Origin: an uncultured Candidatus Saccharibacteria bacterium
GTDB lineage: Bacteria > Patescibacteriota > Dojkabacteria > SC72
Length of the DNA stretch: 36,921 bases
Direction of reading: 5' to 3'
Assembly (NCBI GenBank): GCA_964593535.1
Contig: CAZQHF010000002.1
Coordinates: 1-36,921 of the forward strand
The notes beneath the pieces are model-generated. The model did no database searches. It saw only the letters and a program-made list of their open reading frames with translations, and was not told the DNA's origin. Position 1 is the first letter of the stretch. Every line of letters begins with the position of its first letter. Positions 18,802 through 26,474 of the stretch are shown here, one piece after another. Made by a program: the position numbers and the translations under genes.

Positions 18802-21800
18802 ATGAAAAGTTTAAAAGGATTTAAATTGCTTACTATTGTTACAATATTATTTTTTCTTTTTAGTTTTTTTAAATCTAATTTGTTTGCACAATATTGTACT
18901 TGTGATGGCGATGAGAGCATTTGTTATTCATCTTGTGAAGCATATACTAATTTGTCTGAATGTTCTGGATGTACAGGAATAGGCTATCCTTTCTGCTTTG
19001 GTAAAAATCCTAATGGTGTAGGTGTTTTGTGTTGTGATGAAAAAATGCAATACTCTTGTACCTGCGGTTGTAGTAATGGAATATGTAAGAGTTGTTCTTG
19101 TACACCTGCAACAAGTTGTAAGTGTGAACCACCATTTACAAATACCTATACTCCTCAATATGGTCAACCTAGAATAATTGATTGTAGTGACGGATGTGGT
19201 GGTACAATAAGTAGTCAATGTTGGTGTACTAGGGATTGTACTCTTCCTAGTTGTCCTGCTGGTACATCTTCAGATGGTACACATGGTACATATGGAGTAT
19301 ATGGATGTGCTAATGAGTGTGGGAAGTATTTAAATAGATCTTGTTATTGTGTCTCTGCATGTACACCAACCAGCTGTCCAACTGGAACAACAGAGACAAA
19401 CACAGGAGATTATTATTCTTCATATGATTGTACAAATGCTTGTAGTGAATCTCAAAGTAGAAACTGTTATTGTAGTATTTGTACTCCAGCCTCTTGTTCA
19501 AGTAGTGGGTATAGTGATACAGATTTAGGATATGGGCAAGTTCCTCCTGAAAAGGCTCCTTCATGTAGAAATGGAGAAGGAGCACCTGAACAGCTATCAA
19601 AATGTAACATGACATACCGTACATGTTACTGTCCAAGCTGTTTAAAGCAATGTCCTTCACCATTAGCTAATACAGGAAGTGCCAATTTAATATTAAATGA
19701 TTTTAGAGAATGTACAAATGATTGTGATGTTAAGCCCCCAGAGGATCAGGATGATTGTTATGAGATACCATCAGATCAACCAACAGAAAGTTTAGTTATA
19801 AATGGGGAAGAAGCAAATCCTAATGACTTTGGATTTTTAAGTCTAACACATACTGGAGATAATAAGAATATACCAATGCAAGGAGATTTAAATGATCCAT
19901 TATCTCCGATAAGAATGGAGGCAGAATACCGAGATGAAAATGGTGTAGGTGATATTGAAGGGTTGTTTGTATGGTTTAGGGAGCAAAAATATTCAGGAGA
20001 ATTAGAAACACCAGTATACCTTTTAGAAAAGGCTTTGTCAAAAGCATCAGCCAATGATGCTTGGGGATTTATGTTAAGGCGTGATGGGTCAGGATGGGAG
20101 GCTTATGTTCCAAGTTACGAAGGTACAAGTATGTATTGGACAAAGGTTACATCACTTAATACTCCGGATATATATATGACATTCTTTATATTAGGCCCTA
20201 ATGGAAAAGAAATGATACAAGTTATAATTCCAACAAAACCAGAGGAAGCAAGTACTGATGGAAAAAGTTTAATAATGGTGTTTGATTTGCGTTTTTCTGA
20301 TGAAGAAGGTAATTTGTTTGAAGATCCTGTCGCAGAGGGGAAATATAATATATATTTAATGGGGTTAGACAAGTTTAGTTTTACACCGTACGACAACTAT
20401 AATATAGATTATCTAAATTTCTGGAGTGAGAATTTTAAGTATTATGGATATGTTAATTTCTCTTCATATTGGGAACGTAATCAACTTAGATATAAAGAGG
20501 GAATACAAAATTATGCAAGAGATTGGAGTTATACAGGACAGACGTGGACTATTGATAGAACAGGACCATATATAGAAACATTTGCATTCGGGACTCCTAA
20601 TGATAACAAATTAGAAGTACACTGGGATGTTAGGGATGATAGAAATTTGTATGCAGTTGTAGGAAATATATATACAACGGGAGGAGCATTCTCTAGACCT
20701 ATAGAGTTGCTTTCTAATGATTCTGTCAATCAAATAGCATTACTTGACCCAGGGTCGGTTTTGACATTTCATAATCCTAACCCATTTATTCCAAACTCCG
20801 TTACAGAAGCTCATGATATAGGAAAAATTAATGGGGATTGGGCTTTTAAAATTGGTCCTGATTCATTAGTCTCATCAAGCAGCCATTCTATATATATAGA
20901 TGTGGGGGAAAATACAACTGGTTTGTTTGATATCCATCTTACTGTATTTGATGATGCAGGTAATTTTTCTACATCGAAGATAAGTGTAAATATAGCAGAT
21001 TGGTTTGCAACTGCAGGAGGATTAGCCTACTCTGCAGAGGGAACATATTTTTCTACGAAAAATTTTGTAAATACAACAGAAGAACCATCATTGCCATATC
21101 CTTCAGAGAATCCTGGGTTACAGTTTGGAAATTCTGATTATTCAAGTGAGCTATGGGCAGAAAAAAATAATGAAAGCCCTGCTCCTTTGGAGAGGAGTAA
21201 TGAAACAAAGAGCTATAACATTACTAGATATCTTGGTTGTAAATTAACAGAAGGGTATTATGATTACTTGAAGAAGGAATATGAGATGAACAAAAAGAAT
21301 ATTGATAATTTAGAAGAGGTATCGCCTGAATCACCAGATCTTTCTGGTTCTCTTAGTAGTATATGTAATAGCCAGCCGTATTGTATGTTTGAATATACTG
21401 GAGATCTTAATGTAAGAGGTGATGTAATTTGTGATAACAGATCCTTAATATTTGTTGGACGGGATCTAACCATTGAAACACCATTAAAGAATACAAATGA
21501 TAATCAATTAAGTAATAAAAACGGATGTATATTTGTTGTTAGACGTGATGTAACTGTACAGAAGGGGAAAAATATGTCTTCTACAGATTTCGGGTATGAT
21601 ATAGTTCATGGATATATACTGGCTGATGGAGTAATAACTATAGATGATGAAAGACCTAAAGATGGGATTATTGATGGTGTATATATTAATGGAGGATTAA
21701 GTTCTTCATATAAAGAGGGTGTTGGTATTGTAATTAATAGATATTTAAGAGTTGAAGAAAAGCTTACATATCCAGTATTAGTAATAGATTATCATCCTAA

Positions 21801-21876
21801 ATATGGAGTAATAGCAGAAAAATTCTTTGGAAGACAAAGTACAGTAAAAGCAGTTGAAATTGGTGTTAAGCCATAA
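18802..21876 (+). CDS. Large secreted Cys-rich modular protein, paralog B
   Basis: 1024 aa. Signal peptide MKSLKGFKLLTIVTILFFLFSFFKSNLFA|Q. Longer Cys-rich region with five recognisable modules. Shares blocks with A: GLFVWFRE, WGFMLRR, DPVAEGxYNIYLMGLDKFSFTPYDNYNI, TWTIDR, DDRNLYAxVGNI, TVFDDAGN, GGLAYSA, KNGCIFVV, IDGVYxNGGL, HPKYG, GVKP*. Confidence 0.8.
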   Translation: MKSLKGFKLLTIVTILFFLFSFFKSNLFAQYCTCDGDESICYSSCEAYTNLSECSGCTGIGYPFCFGKNPNGVGVLCCDEKMQYSCTCGCSNGICKSCSCTPATSCKCEPPFTNTYTPQYGQPRIIDCSDGCGGTISSQCWCTRDCTLPSCPAGTSSDGTHGTYGVYGCANECGKYLNRSCYCVSACTPTSCPTGTTETNTGDYYSSYDCTNACSESQSRNCYCSICTPASCSSSGYSDTDLGYGQVPPEKAPSCRNGEGAPEQLSKCNMTYRTCYCPSCLKQCPSPLANTGSANLILNDFRECTNDCDVKPPEDQDDCYEIPSDQPTESLVINGEEANPNDFGFLSLTHTGDNKNIPMQGDLNDPLSPIRMEAEYRDENGVGDIEGLFVWFREQKYSGELETPVYLLEKALSKASANDAWGFMLRRDGSGWEAYVPSYEGTSMYWTKVTSLNTPDIYMTFFILGPNGKEMIQVIIPTKPEEASTDGKSLIMVFDLRFSDEEGNLFEDPVAEGKYNIYLMGLDKFSFTPYDNYNIDYLNFWSENFKYYGYVNFSSYWERNQLRYKEGIQNYARDWSYTGQTWTIDRTGPYIETFAFGTPNDNKLEVHWDVRDDRNLYAVVGNIYTTGGAFSRPIELLSNDSVNQIALLDPGSVLTFHNPNPFIPNSVTEAHDIGKINGDWAFKIGPDSLVSSSSHSIYIDVGENTTGLFDIHLTVFDDAGNFSTSKISVNIADWFATAGGLAYSAEGTYFSTKNFVNTTEEPSLPYPSENPGLQFGNSDYSSELWAEKNNESPAPLERSNETKSYNITRYLGCKLTEGYYDYLKKEYEMNKKNIDNLEEVSPESPDLSGSLSSICNSQPYCMFEYTGDLNVRGDVICDNRSLIFVGRDLTIETPLKNTNDNQLSNKNGCIFVVRRDVTVQKGKNMSSTDFGYDIVHGYILADGVITIDDERPKDGIIDGVYINGGLSSSYKEGVGIVINRYLRVEEKLTYPVLVIDYHPKYGVIAEKFFGRQSTVKAVEIGVKP
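19609..19765 (+). repeat. Near-identical 157-nt patch shared with 16524-16680 (copy in paralog B)
   Basis: Same alignment as the copy in A. Flanking sequence on both sides is much more diverged. Confidence 0.85.
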
Positions 21877-21946
21877 TAAATAGGATTTTGAACATTATCC
21901 AATTTCTGCTATTATATATTAGTGATAATTTAAACTGTCCAAAGCA

Positions 21947-22975
21947 ATGGCAAAGTTACCAGATCATGTGGGTGTAGATTTCGGAACACATACTGTAAAA
22001 GCTGTAGAATTAAAGAATATTCTCTCAACGCCTGAGCTTGTAAATCTTGGGATGCAGATTACACCAAAAGGAGTCATTAACAGTGAAGAAAGACAAGACC
22101 AGAAAAAATTGGCAGAAGCATTAAAAAAGCTTTACGATAGTGCTAAGATTAAAAATCCATATGTGGTAATGGCATTACCAGAATTTTCTGTATTTACAAG
22201 ATTTTTAGAATTTCCAGGAGTAAAGGAAGAGGAATTAAAAAATGCTGTATATTATGAAGCTAAACAGTATCTTCCTGTATCTGTTGATGAAGTTCAGATG
22301 AGTTATGTAACTATTGGTTTTAATGAGGAGAAGAATGCCCCAAGGGTTCTACTTGTTGCAGCTCCAAAGAAAATAATTAGTATATATATGAATGTAGCCA
22401 GTTTTGCTAATCTTGATCTTATTGCAATTGAAACAGAGTCTGTTGCTATGGGAAGAGCAATGTATAGGGCTATGAAGAAGAAAGATTGTGTTACATTAGA
22501 TTTTGGTGCAAATAGTACTGATATGTGTATTATGACAAACGGAGCACTGGTCTTTTCTCAAAGTATTCCCATTGGATCTGATTCACTAACTCAAGCAATT
22601 GTAAATAAATTCAATTTTGATTATAACAGGGCGGAAGAATTTAAAAGAGCATATGGTCTTATACCTAATGCTTTAGAAGGGAAAATATATAGTGCATTAC
22701 TCCCTATTGTTGAATCTATAATGATTGAAGTTAGAAGAGGTATTGAATTTTATAAAAATAAAACAATGAGTCCTGCACCTATGGAGTATCTTCTTAATGG
22801 AGATGGTGCTCTTCTTCCAGGATTAACGGAGTATGTATCGAAATCACTAGGAGTTAGTGCACAGATAGCAAATCCATGGTTAAATATATCAATAGATAAT
22901 AGATTTAAAAATATAATTTCAAAAACAGGAGGTTCCTACTCTATTGCAGTAGGTTTGGCACTAAAAGATGAATAA
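21947..22975 (+). CDS. pilM: Type IV pilus assembly protein PilM (actin-like ATPase fold)
   Basis: 342 aa. N-terminal VGVDFGTHTVKAVEL phosphate-1-like motif. Directly followed by pilN, which overlaps it by 8 nt. Confidence 0.85.
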   Translation: MAKLPDHVGVDFGTHTVKAVELKNILSTPELVNLGMQITPKGVINSEERQDQKKLAEALKKLYDSAKIKNPYVVMALPEFSVFTRFLEFPGVKEEELKNAVYYEAKQYLPVSVDEVQMSYVTIGFNEEKNAPRVLLVAAPKKIISIYMNVASFANLDLIAIETESVAMGRAMYRAMKKKDCVTLDFGANSTDMCIMTNGALVFSQSIPIGSDSLTQAIVNKFNFDYNRAEEFKRAYGLIPNALEGKIYSALLPIVESIMIEVRRGIEFYKNKTMSPAPMEYLLNGDGALLPGLTEYVSKSLGVSAQIANPWLNISIDNRFKNIISKTGGSYSIAVGLALKDE

Positions 22976-23678
22976 TAATTTACAAAATCAAACAGTTAGT
23001 GATATTAACAATAATAGTATTCCTAATCAACAGGTACCTCCATCAGCTGGTCAAGTTAATATGCAACCACCAGTACAAGGCTCTCCAACACTAGCAGAAC
23101 CTATTGTTGCACAAATCAAAGAAGGGAAAGAAGGTGTTAATCTTATTCCCTCTCGTACAAAAGAAGAAGAAGTTCAAGTTAAGAAAAAAACAACATTAAG
23201 TATTGGCTCTCTTTTAGCAATAATTGTTTTAGTATTAGTTTCTATTGGTATAGTAGGATTTAACATTATTACTAAAAATCAACTTAGTGATAAAAAGAAA
23301 GAACTTACCGATATGGAGTATATTGTTAATCAAAAAGCTGATAAGATAGTTGCGAATAATGTTATTTTGGATAGAATTAATCTGTATAAAGATGTTAAAG
23401 CTAATAGTTTTTCACACAAAAAAGTTATTACTTTTCTAAGGGAAATGGCAGGTAAAATACAGGGTATTACATATGATAGTATGGAGATATCAGAAGATTT
23501 ATCTTTTAAAATATCTGGAGATGCACCCAATTTAGAGCAGCTTTCTCGTATGTGGTATCTTTGGGGTGTAAATGAAAATATAGAGACAATAAAACTAAAG
23601 TCATTTTCTAAAACAGAAACAGGAGCGACTTTTTCTTTTGATGGTAAATTAGTTTTAGATAACTTTAAAGCTGATTAA
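22968..23678 (+). CDS. pilN: PilN-like bitopic pilus alignment protein with an N-terminal Q/N/P-rich extension
   Basis: The VNLIPS motif (compare the PilN INLLP PilM-binding peptide) is followed by one TM span (LSIGSLLAIIVLVLVSIGIVGF). The motif is preceded by about 55 low-complexity residues. Confidence 0.65.
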   Translation: MNNNLQNQTVSDINNNSIPNQQVPPSAGQVNMQPPVQGSPTLAEPIVAQIKEGKEGVNLIPSRTKEEEVQVKKKTTLSIGSLLAIIVLVLVSIGIVGFNIITKNQLSDKKKELTDMEYIVNQKADKIVANNVILDRINLYKDVKANSFSHKKVITFLREMAGKIQGITYDSMEISEDLSFKISGDAPNLEQLSRMWYLWGVNENIETIKLKSFSKTETGATFSFDGKLVLDNFKAD

Positions 23679-23680
23679 TT

Positions 23681-24370
23681 ATGGCACTTGTTACTTCACA
23701 AACTGAAAAAAAGAAAAAAGCAGAGTTACAAAAAGTAGTTGAAAAGAGAGGGAGCAAGAAGTTAACTATCTCTGACCTTATAATCCCAATTGCATCTTCA
23801 ATAGTACTTCTTGTCCTTTGTTTTGCAGTATTTATCCCAATGGTAAGATCAGCCTTTGAATATATGGATGAAATGAAAGAGATTGATCAAAAGATTGAAC
23901 AGTTGGATAAACTAAATAAGCAGCTTGATCAATTAGATGAGAGTCAATTAAGTGATGATGTACTGACTTCAAGAACTGTTGTTCCTAACACTTTGCTTGT
24001 TTCAGACTTAGTATATTACATAGATAATTTAGCAAAATCTTTAAATCTCCAGATTTCTAAGCTCTCTTCTGCAGATTCTTTAAATTCAGTATCAGGTCCT
24101 CTTGGATATGAAGGAGAATATACTAATGTAATAGATTTTTTGGATAAAGCACAAAATGTATCTCCATATATGATAAGACTAGAAAATGTAAAGTTATCAA
24201 GAAAAAATAAAAACGATGGAAAAGATAATTGGTCTATTGATATGATAGTAAGTGGTTATTATATATCTGATACTAAAGAAGAACCAAGTATTTACAGCGA
24301 TTTCCAGCCATATACAGAGCAGAGCGATGTTCTTGAAATATTTAGAGAAAAAGCAAAGAGTACTCTTTAA
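23681..24370 (+). CDS. pilO: PilO-like bitopic pilus alignment protein
   Basis: One TM span (IIPIASSIVLLVLCFAVFIPMV), a coiled-coil-like segment (MKEIDQKIEQLDKLNKQLDQLDE), and position after pilN. Confidence 0.5.
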   Translation: MALVTSQTEKKKKAELQKVVEKRGSKKLTISDLIIPIASSIVLLVLCFAVFIPMVRSAFEYMDEMKEIDQKIEQLDKLNKQLDQLDESQLSDDVLTSRTVVPNTLLVSDLVYYIDNLAKSLNLQISKLSSADSLNSVSGPLGYEGEYTNVIDFLDKAQNVSPYMIRLENVKLSRKNKNDGKDNWSIDMIVSGYYISDTKEEPSIYSDFQPYTEQSDVLEIFREKAKSTL

Positions 24371-24664
24371 TTAGACTTCGTCGTTAAGCATATCTTCCTG
24401 ATTTTCTTCTCTGTTCGGTTTATTATCGTCCTTGAGTATTACTCTTCCCCTTTTGTTATTCCTTATTGCACTAATTGTGATAATATCTCTGATTGAATTA
24501 ATTGTTCTTCCTTTTCTTCCTATTATTACACCTTTGTCTTCCTCATTTACATTTATTGTTAATATTGTTAAGCCAGGAAAGTCTACACTATCTTTCTCCT
24601 CTATGGAAACATCTTCTGGATGATTAACTATAGATTTAACAATATGTTCTAGTAATTCTTTCAT
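24371..24664 (-). CDS. KH-domain RNA-binding protein (YlqC/UPF0109-like)
   Basis: 97 aa with the GxxG KH motif context VIIGRKGRTINSIRDI. Located downstream of rpsP, as in many bacteria. Confidence 0.8.
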   Translation of the reverse strand: MKELLEHIVKSIVNHPEDVSIEEKDSVDFPGLTILTINVNEEDKGVIIGRKGRTINSIRDIITISAIRNNKRGRVILKDDNKPNREENQEDMLNDEV

Positions 24665-24751
24665 CTTAATATATGCTAAACTAATATATTGCTGGGTAAA
24701 TTATACCCCTATTGAAATAATATTACCAGAAAATCTAGTGTAAAGTGAAGT

Positions 24752-25051
24752 CTATTCTTTTTTCTTTTCCTTCTTTGTTGTATTAGGCTTAACAGAACCT
24801 TTCTTAGTAGGTTTAATTAAACCAAGTTTTACAAAATATTGAGCTATAGTATCTGAAGGTTGTGCTCCAGAAGAAAGCCATTTAATAGCAGCATCTTTAT
24901 CTATTTCAAATGTAGCAGGCTGTGTTCTTGGGTTATAAAATCCAATTTCTTCTATACTTCTTCCATCTCTGGGAGACTTATTTTCCATAACAACTATTCT
25001 GTAGTATGGTTGTCCTCTTCTTCCTATTCTTTTTAATCTTATTTTTAACAT
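24752..25051 (-). CDS. rpsP: 30S ribosomal protein S16
   Basis: MLKIRLKRIGRRGQPYYRIVV...GFYNP is the canonical bS16 N-terminus. Confidence 0.95.
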   Translation of the reverse strand: MLKIRLKRIGRRGQPYYRIVVMENKSPRDGRSIEEIGFYNPRTQPATFEIDKDAAIKWLSSGAQPSDTIAQYFVKLGLIKPTKKGSVKPNTTKKEKKKE

Positions 25052-25092
25052 AGCAGAATATTTTAACAGAAGATATATTAATATTCAAGTAA

Positions 25093-25785
25093 TCAATTTT
25101 CCTTTTCAAGATATTCAATGCCACTAAGAGCTGCTTGCTCTTGTGCTTTTTGTTTACTCTTCCCTACTCCTTTACCTATTACTTTGTTATTAATCTTAAC
25201 TACAATAGTAAATTTTTTATTATGATCAGGTCCCTCTTCGTGGATTACTTCATACACAGGTGTAACCTTATACTTAGCTTGGGTAATTTCTTGAATTCTA
25301 GTTTTATTATCAATATCAGACCTGCTCTTAATAATATCATTAAGTTTAGGTATCAGATGTGTATATACAAACTCTTTACATTTCTCATACCCTTGATCAA
25401 TATATATTGCTCCAATAATTGCTTCAAAAGTATTAGCTAATAGATAGTCTTTTGTTCTTCCTCCTGTATCCTCTTCTCCCCTAGAGAGCAAAAGGCTTTC
25501 TCCTACTCCCAGCTTTTTAGCTGTATCTGCTAAACTTTCTGTTTTAACTAATGCGGATCTAAAACTTGTAAGATCACCCTCTGGTCTATCAGGGAATTTA
25601 TTAAACAGATAATCAGAAACAATTAGCTCTAATACAGCATCTCCAAGAAACTCTAATCTTTCATTATGTACTTTAATATCTTTATGCTCATTTAAGTATG
25701 ATCTATGTGTAAGAGCGTTTATTAAATACTCTTTGTTTTTAAATACTATACCTAAATTGTTTTCTAGTTTATTAATCTTCTTCAT
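25093..25785 (-). CDS. rnc: Ribonuclease III
   Basis: Signature NERLEFLGDAVLEL and a C-terminal dsRBD (GEGVGKSKQKAQEQAA-like). I place the start at ATG 25785 (MKKINKLE...), which overlaps the nusB stop by 14 nt. The track ORF extends to 25821. Confidence 0.9.
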   Translation of the reverse strand: MKKINKLENNLGIVFKNKEYLINALTHRSYLNEHKDIKVHNERLEFLGDAVLELIVSDYLFNKFPDRPEGDLTSFRSALVKTESLADTAKKLGVGESLLLSRGEEDTGGRTKDYLLANTFEAIIGAIYIDQGYEKCKEFVYTHLIPKLNDIIKSRSDIDNKTRIQEITQAKYKVTPVYEVIHEEGPDHNKKFTIVVKINNKVIGKGVGKSKQKAQEQAALSGIEYLEKEN

Positions 25786-26209
25786 CTTTATATTCTTCAT
25801 ATATAGCACCAAGTACACCATTTACAAATTTCCTGCTTGTTTCTCCTCCAAACTCTTTTGCAAGTTCAATTGCCTCATCAATAGCTACTTTAGGAGGTGT
25901 AATCTGAGATAAGAAACCTTCAAATATAGACATTCTAAGTATTTGAAGATCAACCAGCTTCATCTGAGGTATGGGCCATTGAGGTGCAAACTTAGTTATT
26001 ATTTCATCTATCTTTTCTATATTATCTCTTACTCCTGAAACTAACTCCTTATACAGTTCTTTGTTGTATTCAGTTATTTCATCAAGTACTGAAAGCTCAG
26101 AAAGACCATATTCAATTACATTATCTCTATCTTTGTTAAAATCTTTTGAAAAAAGACTTTGTAATGCTAATTCTCTTGATAAATGTCTAGGGTCAGTTGA
26201 TTTTTTCAT
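25772..26209 (-). CDS. nusB: Transcription antitermination factor NusB
   Basis: 145 aa. RHLSRELALQSLF at the N-terminus and a NusB-like helical repeat (AIELAKEFGGETSRKFVNGVLG). Confidence 0.85.
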   Translation of the reverse strand: MKKSTDPRHLSRELALQSLFSKDFNKDRDNVIEYGLSELSVLDEITEYNKELYKELVSGVRDNIEKIDEIITKFAPQWPIPQMKLVDLQILRMSIFEGFLSQITPPKVAIDEAIELAKEFGGETSRKFVNGVLGAIYEEYKDEED

Positions 26210-26221
26210 TTTAAAGAGTAA

Positions 26222-26404
26222 CTATTTATTGCTTTTAAGGTCTTTTCCATCACCATAATAGCCACAGAATTCACAAACAAAATGAGGTCTCTTTGTTTTT
26301 CCACACTTTGGACATTTAGAAAGTGCAGGCTTATCTAAAAAATCCTGAGCTCTTCTTCTGTTCTTTCTTCCTTTTGATATTCTTCTTTTAGGTAGTGCTC
26401 CCAT
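26222..26404 (-). CDS. rpmF: 50S ribosomal protein L32
   Basis: MGALPKRRISKGRKNRRRA followed by the CxxC...CxxC zinc ribbon (CPKCGK...CEFCGYY). Confidence 0.9.
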   Translation of the reverse strand: MGALPKRRISKGRKNRRRAQDFLDKPALSKCPKCGKTKRPHFVCEFCGYYGDGKDLKSNK

Positions 26405-26474
26405 TTTTTAATTCTAATCTATATTAAACCTTGTATTATATTTTAATATTGCCTATCTTGCAACTTTATATTAT

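Noticed and set aside
18802-18888. The paralog B N-terminus MKSLKG|FKLLTIV... looks superficially like a prepilin (class III) signal.
   Set aside because: There is no Glu at +5. The segment has a normal Sec-type n/h/c organisation ending NLFA|Q. Paralog A does not share the feature.
16213-19663. Two minus-strand ORFs in the track (16213-16578 and 19310-19663) both begin MVKDIALNSLDSNMYGMS. This could look like a conserved antisense gene pair.
   Set aside because: They lie antisense to the near-identical patch shared by the two large paralogs, so their similarity is simply a shadow of that duplication. They have no independent start or RBS support. The same applies to the other short ORFs nested inside or antisense to gyrB, pilC, clp, the rSAM gene and others (for example 2746-2943, 2986-3201, 16114-16416 and 35996-36305).
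16524-19765. The 157-nt near-identical pair read as a diversity-generating-retroelement TR/VR pair.
   Set aside because: The four differences are synonymous and are not adenine-specific. Both copies are in-frame coding sequence in the N-terminal third of the genes. No reverse transcriptase is present in the window.
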